From Octopus sinensis (lineage: Eukaryota), in assembly GCF_006345805.1 (NCBI RefSeq), contig NC_043000.1, positions 97,030,001-97,094,000 of the forward strand: a DNA stretch of 64,000 bases, written 5' to 3'. Below are positions 55,156-64,000 of the stretch, in pieces. How positions within the stretch are numbered: position 1 is the first letter of the stretch; every line of letters begins with the position of its first letter. Both the position numbers and the translations under genes were made by a program. Under the pieces are notes generated by a model. The model saw only the letters and a program-made list of their open reading frames with translations. It had not been told where the DNA came from and made no database searches.

Positions 55156-55300
55156 TCGAAAAATACCTTAGGAATGAGAACCCAGTTCGAAATTTCCCCA
55201 AGACACCTGATGAATGCTGGAGAGTATATCATCCGAAACGTTGTGTTAACAACAAAGAAGATGAGGACAAATATCTGTCAAATGTAAATAATGTAAATTA
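55060..55300 (+). mobile_element. Solo pLTR fragment of the same PLE family
   Basis: CAGGCAGTAACCTGAATA-(AAC)n(AAT)n-ACATCGAAAAATACCTTAGG...GATGAGGACAAATA matches the 37 kb and 60 kb copies. Confidence 0.8.
55203..55246 (+). ncRNA. Hammerhead motif, same family, stem II mutated
   Basis: ACAC-CUGAUGA-A-UGCUG...CAUCC-GAAACGUU-GUGU. Confidence 0.6.
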
Positions 55301-56285
55301 CCAAGTAACATTCCCTTACTATTAATAATAATAAATAATAATAGACCATTCTACTTTTTTCTCCTGTTTTTCTTCACAGATTTAATAACCCCCGTAGAAT
55401 TTATTTGTCATTTTCAATATAGATTGCCTTTTGTATGTATGTATGCATGTATGTATGTATATATGTTCTCTCTTTTTTTAAATTTAGAATAACTTTTTAC
55501 CGACCACCTACTTGGTAGCAAGGTTGGGAAGGAAAGCGTCTTGTTTTGTGCATCATCCTTTAAATTTTAAGAAGTTCTTGCATATTTTGATAGCCCCCCC
55601 CCCCAGATATCGTTATCATTTGTAGCATATGAATCAAGGATTTTTGTTCTCTCCCCAAGAACACATGTTCAGCCATGCTTTGCTCCAGGTGAGTTGGTAA
55701 GTATCCTGTAGCTCCGATATAAATAGGTGTGAAGCTGAAAGTATATCTTGGACATTGGATTTGCGAATTCCTCATCAAAGGTCCATAGATGACCTATTTC
55801 TCTTGTATTTTTTCTAACCATATTGATATCCTGAGGGTAGTTGACTTCCATAACTTTTCCTTGTGGTCTCACACAATGATATCTGGCTGGTTGTGTTTAA
55901 TTTGGTAGCTATTTTAATTTTCAAGTTCCACCAATATACTTTTGACATATCGGCTTCACTGTGTGTGTGTGAGTATGTGATTGTGTCTGCGTGAGTGCGT
56001 GTCTGTTCGTGTGTGTGTAGGTGCGTGTACGGTCGACTGATATTTGATTTAAAAAACTTTTGGTATGGGCCTCTCCTGAGGGACGGTTTTGTAATTCTAA
56101 CAAGTCTACATTTAGAATAAATCGTGTTATGTTGTCATCGGAAAGTGAGATTCATAAGGGAAGTGTACTGATTATATACAGACCAGTAAGCTCGAAAAGA
56201 AAAAACGGAAATATATGAATACAACTGAATATCGATAAATCCTCTACTGCGTTTCTCTCTGTAAAATACTTCACAAAAGTGATCA

Positions 56286-56404
56286 ATATATATATATATA
56301 TATATACATATATACATACATACGTACATATATATATATAATATATATACATATATATATATATATAAATATATATATATACATATAATATATATATATA
56401 ATAT

Positions 56405-56474
<70 letters not shown>

Positions 56475-56565
56475 ATATAATATATATTATATATATATAT
56501 ATATACATACATACATACGTACATTCATACACGTTATATATATATACATATATATATACATACAC
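56286..56565. repeat. (AT)n microsatellite
   Basis: Direct reading. Confidence 0.95.
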
Positions 56566-56962
56566 ACATTCTTTTGTTCATTTCCAGGTTTCATTCATAC
56601 ACACACACATACACATGTATATATATATATATATGCATATACTCATACATGTATACGTTCATATATACGCACACATATAAATAGATGTGTATATATTTAA
56701 TTATATAAAAACTATATTCCGAGTAAGCTATTAAAATCCATCCTTCTATCATGTAATTCTTCTCTCGCCAATTCACATCAAAAACACACGGGTGCGTGCA
56801 CGCACGCACACATACACAAACACACGCATATATATAGATGTATAGTGTGTATGTGTGAGCATATGTGTGTGCTTATACACATAGGTACATACATGCGTAT
56901 GTGTGTGTGTCTGTGTGTGTATACGAGTGAATGGAAAAGCGAAAGTGAGTGGCACTCAGCAC

Positions 56963-57083
56963 GACTCAGTCCCATGCTACTTAGAGTTTCGTGGCACATA
57001 GGATGTACTCATCTCATCAGATATCTGACGGAATTGGTCCTTCCTACGTACCCACGAAACTTTGAGTCGTATGAATCTCAGTC
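56963..57083. repeat. Old foldback centred on the palindrome TCAGATATCTGA; each arm is a decayed hammerhead
   Basis: The arms align across CTGAYG...CCACGAAACTYTRAGT. Confidence 0.6.
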
Positions 57084-57102
57084 AACCTGTTTCAAAGAAA
57101 TT

Positions 57103-58190
57103 TATTTGGCAGTAATTACAGCTTGAATTCTACGAGGTATGGACTTGTACAAAGTTTGAATTGTTTCCAAAGGAATTTTTGTCCATTCTTCACCTAAAAC
57201 TGTCTCCAGTTCTTGTAGTGATGATGGTGGAGGATATCGACACTACACTTGTCTTTCTAAAATGCACCATAAATGTTCAATAATATTGAGATCTGGGAAC
57301 TGTGGTAGCCAGATAAGATCTTCAACTTCACTAGAGTGTTCCTCGTGCCATTCAGTAACAACTTTAACTGTGTGAATTGGTGTATTATCATCCTGAAAGA
57401 TTGCGTTTCACTCCGGAAACAGTTCAACCATAGGATAAATTTGATCAGATAAAATGCTTTAAAAGTTTTGACTATTAATTCTACCATAAAGGGAAACCAT
57501 TGGGCCGGCAGATTTCCAAGATATATATAGCCACCCAGATCATCACAGATCCTCCTCCATGTTTAACAGTTGGTACAAGGCAGTCTGGGTCAAATGCTTG
57601 ACCGGTGGCCAGAAATAAGGTAAAGGATTACTCGTCCGAGAAAATAATATTCTTCCGTTGCTCTAGCGACCAATTCTGTAGGTTTTTACTCCACTCTAAA
57701 TGCTTAGCAACGTTTGTTTTTGAAAGCAGTGGTTTTCTAATTGCAGCCCACCCGTGAAATCCGGCTCTGCGCAGCTCCCGGCGAACAGTTTTTGTGGAAA
57801 CTGGGTTCTCGAGGTGGTCTGCAGTAATTTTGGGAGCTGTTCTTTTGTGATCCTTTCTAACAATTCGCGTATGGGTCCGACAGTTCCTATCTGAATTTTT
57901 TTATTTTCTTCTGGAGTTTTGTTTCGACGTGAAGGTTTTCCCCCTCTTTCTCAAAGGCTGTCATTACTTTCGAGACAGTACTTCTTGATACACTAAAGAT
58001 TTAGGTTGTTTTCGTTGCGAGCACCAACAATTTGAACTCTTTGAAAGTCCGATAGATCTGTCATTTTAATAAATTGTAATTACCTTTTTCTGATGATATC
58101 TGAAAAGAAACAGTAATTTTAGCAAAACGTATTAAAAAACACTACTTACAAATCAAAAAACAATAAATAAACAATATATATATAAAATTT
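57103..58190 (-). mobile_element. Decayed Tc1-like transposon with DD36E spacing
   Basis: ATG at 58064 (MTDLSDFQR). IFQDDNTPIH...WLPQFPDLNIIEHLW...LYKSIPRRIQAVITAK. Confidence 0.85.
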
Positions 58191-58305
58191 ATTTAAAATT
58201 AGAGAACATTCTTCGTGGAAAATGGCGATTTGACGTCTATATCTAGCATATAGACTGTCCACTTTTAGTGGTCAGTCCTCTAAATTTTTAATATATATAT
58301 ATATA

Positions 58306-58366
<61 letters not shown>

Positions 58367-58401
58367 GTATATATATATATACATACATTTATATATATAC
58401 G

Positions 58402-58477
<76 letters not shown>

Positions 58478-58600
58478 TTTAAAAATTAGGATAAAATCTT
58501 AATAAGAAATCTTAATAAGAAATTATCAGGTAGTTAGCGTGAAAAACCTCATAAGAGAAAAATCTAAATTTTTTCACTTGAAAATATTTTTTTATATTAT

Positions 58601-59074
58601 ATTATATAGAGGGCATTGTCACACATAAATGCCACACGCTAGGAGGGACTTTTAAAGTCATAACTACCAAAAATAAACGAATCGTACCGAATGCAGCTCT
58701 CGAAGCAAGACCTTTAAAAACAGAATTTAGTTCCAGATCACCTGTGAAGCACGTTTCTTACCGAAAAGCCCGCCATTTACATAAATATATGAGGAGTGAA
58801 CATTTTCATGTGCTACGATGGAGCGACGGTTGTTTGTTTGGTTCCGCCGGGTATGTTGGTTTTGTTCATTCATGATATATTTTGAATTCGTTTCACTGAA
58901 GAACATGAGACGTAGATAATACGTTAATTGCGAAATCACAGGTGATCTGGCACTAAATTCTGTTTTTAAATGTCTTGCTTCGAGAGCTGCATTCGGTACG
59001 ATTCGTTTATTTTTGGTAGTTATGACTTTAAAAGTCCCTCCTAGCGTATGGCATTTATGTGTAATAATGCCCTC

Positions 59075-59082
<8 letters not shown>
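58601..59082. repeat. Foldback with ~147 bp arms (58601-58747 / 58936-59082), pLTR-like
   Basis: Near-identical arms. CTGAAGA...GAAATCACAGGTGATC motif at 58893-58950. Confidence 0.8.
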
Positions 59083-59111
<29 letters not shown>

Positions 59112-59416
59112 ATCATATCGAAGGGAAATGAAATTTAAAGAAATTTCCTCTTCCAGAGGCCTAACATGTAAATATTTAGTCTAAAGACTATGTATTACTC
59201 ATAAAATACAGTCTACATTTAAACACTTAAGAGAAATCTACTCATGGGATTCATCACACTAAAAAGGACAGCTAGGTTCCAAAACCACAAAATCCCGAAA
59301 GAAAAAATAAAAACTTTTACCATCTAGTTTCCTGGACCAATTGGTTTCTGATTTTAGTTTAGCAAATAAGATAATTTTCTAGGTGAAATCGTTATCAACA
59401 TACACACATCCGAACG

Positions 59417-59633
59417 ATCGTTTCAAGCAACTCCGTTTAATTGAGCAATGCAATCATTACATCAATTTAAATGCATTGCAATCCTAGCTGCATAAAGACA
59501 TAGAATTTAATTGAATTAAAACATCTCTTTTCATTTAATTAAATTCTGTGTATTTATCCAGCTGAAGATTGCTCTGCATTTAAATTAATATAATGATTGC
59601 ATTGTTCAATTAAATAGAGTTGCTTGAAACGAT
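59417..59633. repeat. Imperfect foldback, ~100 bp arms
   Basis: 59417-59516 is complementary to 59533-59633. Confidence 0.7.
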
Positions 59634-59947
59634 AGTACTGCATTACCTCTGGATATCCTTGTTGCTTATTTTGATTTTAATCACCTTATTTTGAAATTGT
59701 ATGGATAATACCGTACTAAATTCTGGTGCCTCAACTTAAGTACCATATTCATCTTAATCTAAATTTTTGCTATATATATATATGCATACACACTGATACA
59801 CACACACACACTGTGTGTTGACTATGTGCATTCTATTCCCTTATTATCCATTAAATATAATAGTATGCAGTTCTATATTTGAGAGATAAGGAATTACGTA
59901 CATTATTTACATTTGACCGATATTTGTCCTCATCTCGTTTGTTGTTT

Positions 59948-59991
59948 ACACAACGTTTCGGCTGATGTACTCTCCAGCCTTCATCAGGTGT
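59948..59991 (-). ncRNA. Minimal type I hammerhead ribozyme motif
   Basis: ACAC-CUGAUGA-A-GGCUG[loop]CAGCC-GAAA-CG-U-U-GUGU; all stems pair. Confidence 0.72.
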
Positions 59992-60058
59992 CCTGGGGGA
60001 ATTTTTGAACCTGGGTATTTTCGAACCTAAGGTATTTTTCCGATGTTATTATTATTAT

Positions 60059-60610
60059 GTGAGAGAGCAGTGCATGCCATCAAAGTGACACTAGGGTAAA
60101 ATATACGAAGCCCAGTATACCCATCATGACAACCCGTCTCATAAGGGTACACTAGGTACATGCAGCACAACCATATGTGCGCGACATGGGGATCTCATAT
60201 CAAGATAAACAGCTCATGACCTTGCAAGTGGGGCCCAGTTAGAATTTGTTTCTGGTTGAGTAACCCATTCCGCTCAAAAGGTCCCCGAATAAGGGTTGTT
60301 TAAGGATGTTGAACGAAACACCCATGATTCCAAAGGTGAATTATCCAAGCCAATAATATTTCCTTTCAACACATGGCTATGATGCTCCCCCTACTTCTGC
60401 TTGTGATCAAAGATGCACATATCGTCAGCCACTAAGAGATATGCTCAAATGGTTAAGGTCAAACAACTGACAAGCAAATCTGTGGTATTGAGCAGAATAT
60501 TTGCTTTAACCCATCTTTTATACCAAGACAAAACAATGTACATGATAACACTTCCAATCAGTTAAGATCAGAAGCCATGAAAGCCACTGCCTGGTACTGC
60601 ATCAGGGCAT
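60059..60610. mobile_element. Unclassified interspersed element flanked by (ATT)n, nested in the PLE pLTR
   Basis: Interrupts the pLTR at its (AAT)n tract, with ATT repeats on both sides. Confidence 0.5.
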
Positions 60611-62216
60611 TTATTATTATTATTATTATTATTATTCTATGTTTGACTTTTGCTTTATATTTGTACAAGTTGGCTCCAAGTCTCACCCAGAGACCTCAAG
60701 AGACAACAGGTTGGAAGTTCGTGTTGTTGTTATGCCTAGTGTGCCATATATTTGGTTTTGTATTTAGTGTTGTATTAGTGAATGTCTAAAAAAAAATTAT
60801 ATTTGTTTTAAAACTTTTTTTTGTTTTAAAACTTGAGGTTGAGGTCACTGCCTGGAATTGAACTCGGAATCTTGGCATCTTAACTGCTACGCCATAATGT
60901 CCGTGGTCAATTAAGGAGTGAATTTTAGGGCTTATAAATCTAATATTCTCCTAACCTTCCTCAATACCGGTGCCCATGTGCTATTCATATCTGCACACGT
61001 TCTGTTTAAGAGGTTGTTGTGTCCTAGCATATGTGCCGCTTCTTTTAGTTTTCGTATTTTCCAGTGGTGTTCTCTGTCTATTATTTTAACTTCATCCCAG
61101 AGGGAGCTGGTCTCCATTTTTCCATACACGATCAGCAACACCAGATTTATCAATATCTCCTTGTGTCACAGTTTTGTGATGTTTTCCCTACCCTTATTTT
61201 GAGGGGTCGGCATGTTTTGCCTTTGTATTTCTTACCACAGCTGCATGGGATGGAGTACACACAGTTTTTGGTCTTATTCTCTTCTATTGTTGGTTTTACT
61301 CGAAGGATATATTTGCGAAGTGTTGTATTACTCTTGAATATTCTCTTGATGTCATACGGGCCGCATATCTTTTGTATCTTTTCGGAGAGGCCTTTCACAT
61401 AGGGTAGACAGACTGTGGTCAGTTTATGGGCTTCATCCTCTCTTTTCTTCATAGATGGAACGGATAGTATATTTTGGGGATAGTTCCTTCTTAATAAATT
61501 GTTACTTAGCTTGATCATTTCTTCGTGTATCAGAATCGCTACTTATTTTCCTTGGTCTCTCTCTCACTCTCACTCTCCCTCTCTCCCCCCTCTCTCTCTG
61601 TATATGTCTTTGTTTAACCTACTTATTAACACTTAATAATCATAGCTCAGATCAAAACATTTCATCTATAACTATTTTGTATTCCTATTTACTTGGACTA
61701 CATTATCCAATATGTTATTTTTAAAAAGCAGAACAGTAGAGTGTGATTTAAAGATGTACCTCTTCTTTCTAGCATCTTCTCGTTTACTCACAGTTAGTTT
61801 ACGCGTCCATTTCTCTCTCTCACTCACTCTCTCTCACTTTCTCTCTCTCACAATCATCCCCTGTCTCTCACTCTGGCCCTATTCGTCTTTCTCTCTCAGA
61901 ATTCCTCCTCTCTCCCTCTCTCTCTCTCTCTGTCTTTTCTCCCCGTGCATTTCTTCCTCTAGCTTGCTCTCTCTCATTCTGCATGTCTGCCTATCTCATA
62001 GATATTTCTGCTCGTCATCTACATAGCAACTACAACCTTAGCAATCGTGTTTATGCCAATATTCCTTTCACACATCGACGCATAGATATGCACAAACACA
62101 AACAAGCATTAAGACCTATATTCAGATCTCATATAGTTGTTTCCGCTTTTGAAAAGTATTTTTAACACTCGTTATCTGAGGAACCTAATAACGAAATAAG
62201 CTATATCTGCATACAT

Positions 62217-62217
<1 letters not shown>

Positions 62218-62285
<68 letters not shown>

Positions 62286-62370
62286 TGCGTGTGTGTGTGT
62301 ATGCATGTATATATCTATTTATCTAGACCGATAGTTATAAATATGCATGCATAGATATAAATATAGATAC

Positions 62371-62407
<37 letters not shown>

Positions 62408-62432
62408 ATATGTATGTATATATATATGTATG

Positions 62433-62464
<32 letters not shown>

Positions 62465-62597
62465 TATAGATATATATGCATATACATACATTCATACACA
62501 CACACGCTCACGCACACACATACACACACACACACGTACACGCACAAACATATATATGTGTATATATACATACATATATATATATATATATAATATA

Positions 62598-62672
<75 letters not shown>

Positions 62673-62678
62673 AGAGAA
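62218..62678. repeat. (GT)n/(AT)n/(AC)n/(AG)n compound microsatellite
   Basis: Direct reading. Confidence 0.95.
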
Positions 62679-62708
62679 CAAAGTATACGTGCTTCGCTAT
62701 ATATATAA

Positions 62709-63279
62709 AATACAAAATGGGACAAGAACGCAAAACATCCGGACAACTAGGTGATACAAAAAGGGACAGCAAAACATCCAGATACACGATACAAAGAAAA
62801 CAAGGACGGGTCATTCGAAGTTTTCTATCTTTAGTCAAGAACCAGATTACCCTCGAATTTCGGCTGATTATTCTTGAGATTGCTCCAATCTGGCCAGCCC
62901 CGAGGAGAAACTAAGCATTAGATTCCTTGGAAGAAAGCATCGAATGTATACCAAAACAAGGACGGTAAAAACAATGTTACGCAAATATAAATGCAATAAA
63001 AAAATACAATAAAAATAATAACAGGACATAACAACAAGTGTCTTTCGACTAAGGACGAATTGAATTAAGCTGGCACGTATGGAAATGAAGCCTTACGGCA
63101 GAGATACAAAATTTTCACAAGCACAGGGAAGAATATCAATGTTGCACGGACCACGGTCAGACCCAGAAAGAAAGAGCGAGCAGTCTGGCCGATCGGTCAC
63201 GTGGGAAGAGAAGAGAGAGAAAAGGTCCCTTTTTGTATCACCTAGTTGTCCTGATGTTTTGCGTTCTTGTCCCATTTTG

Positions 63280-63283
<4 letters not shown>
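62709..63283. mobile_element. Unclassified repeat with 59 bp inverted termini; relative at ~1146-1515
   Basis: 62709-62767 is complementary to 63225-63283 with one mismatch. The GGGACAAGAACGCAAA...GATTGCTCCAATCTG core is shared with 1380-1512 (minus). Confidence 0.6.
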
Positions 63284-63365
<82 letters not shown>

Positions 63366-63433
63366 TACATATATTCGCCACGATAGATCGCTAGCCACTA
63401 CACATTCTTTATTCTTTATTTTCTCTCCTTGTT

Positions 63434-63471
63434 TCTTTCTGTAGAAGAGCGTACGCTCGAAACGTTAAAGA
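63434..63471 (+). ncRNA. Hammerhead-like motif, variant core CUGUAGA, in pLTR 63385-63560
   Basis: UCUUU-CUGUAGA-A-GAGC GUAC GCUC-GAAACGUU-AAAGA. The pLTR end matches 33679-33717 (minus). Confidence 0.5.
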
Positions 63472-63875
63472 CTTTTTCACTTCCCGAGCATTATACTAAT
63501 ACATCTGTTTGTTGTCTACACCACCTGTCTTCGTCTTTTGGTTTTTTTGTGAATTCTCCCTATATATACATATATATAAACGATAAACGTCACCCTTTTC
63601 AAGCCTAGCCAGGCTCATGGGCCCGGTTTCCCGGTTTCTGTGGCGTATGTGTTCCCCCCAGCTGGACGGGACGCCAGTCCATCTCAGCCTTACACAAGAA
63701 ACAGGAAGAGAGAGTGAGAGAAAGTTGTGGCGAAAGAGTACAACAGGGATCGCCTCCACCTCCTACTGGAGCCTCGAGGAGCTTTTAGGTGTTTTCACTC
63801 AGTAAACACACACAACGCCCGGTCTAGGAATCGAAACCGCGAGTCCGCTGCTCTATCCACTGGGCCATTGCGCCT

Positions 63876-63909
<34 letters not shown>

Positions 63910-64000
63910 TAATGTATGTTTTTGTGAGTGTGTGTATGTATGAGTGTGTATGTCGAAAGATGAAGATAAAAGTGAGAAAAAGGAGAGATATAGTGAAAAT

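Larger units (their letters stand above)
59867..61520 (-). mobile_element. Penelope/Poseidon-like PLE 3' part (GIY-YIG remnant + pLTR), interrupted by ~780 bp of nested insertions
   Basis: VCLPYVKGLSEKIQKIC, CVYSIPCSCGKKYKGKTCRPLKIRV, WKIRKLKEAAH. The pLTR halves 60841-60930 and 59867-60058 are contiguous in the 37 kb copy. Confidence 0.82.

Noticed and set aside
55640-55900. Coding-looking minus-strand fragment
   Set aside because: No motif I can assign; possibly an old TE remnant.
62171-62208. CTGAGGA...GAAA hammerhead candidate
   Set aside because: No stem II or stem I pairing; an alternative GTTAT/ATAAC hairpin explains it.

Overview
AT-rich eukaryotic repeat-dominated DNA. The microsatellite density and the tRNA-derived SINE families suggest a cephalopod (Octopus-like) genome; this is inference from recalled repeat sequences, not a database result. 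I cannot support any host protein-coding gene, and most ORF-track entries are microsatellite artefacts. The window holds: (i) a near full-length Tx1/L1-type LINE on the minus strand (27163-33410) sitting in a (GATA)n tract; (ii) Penelope-like elements (PLEs) of at least three sequence types with RT and/or GIY-YIG remnants; (iii) many ORF-less tandem or inverted pseudo-LTR (pLTR) fragments; (iv) decayed DNA transposons (Tc1 DD36E, rosa DD41D, mariner, pogo, hAT); (v) RTE and CR1/L2 fragments and dozens of SINEs. The most interesting signal is RNA-level. About 13 minimal hammerhead-ribozyme-like motifs from roughly 8 sequence families lie in the pLTRs, several with non-canonical cores. One PLE family carries a tRNA-type Pol III promoter (A and B boxes) between its endonuclease ORF and its hammerhead. 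All folds and alignments were done by eye, and coordinates of decayed elements are approximate.
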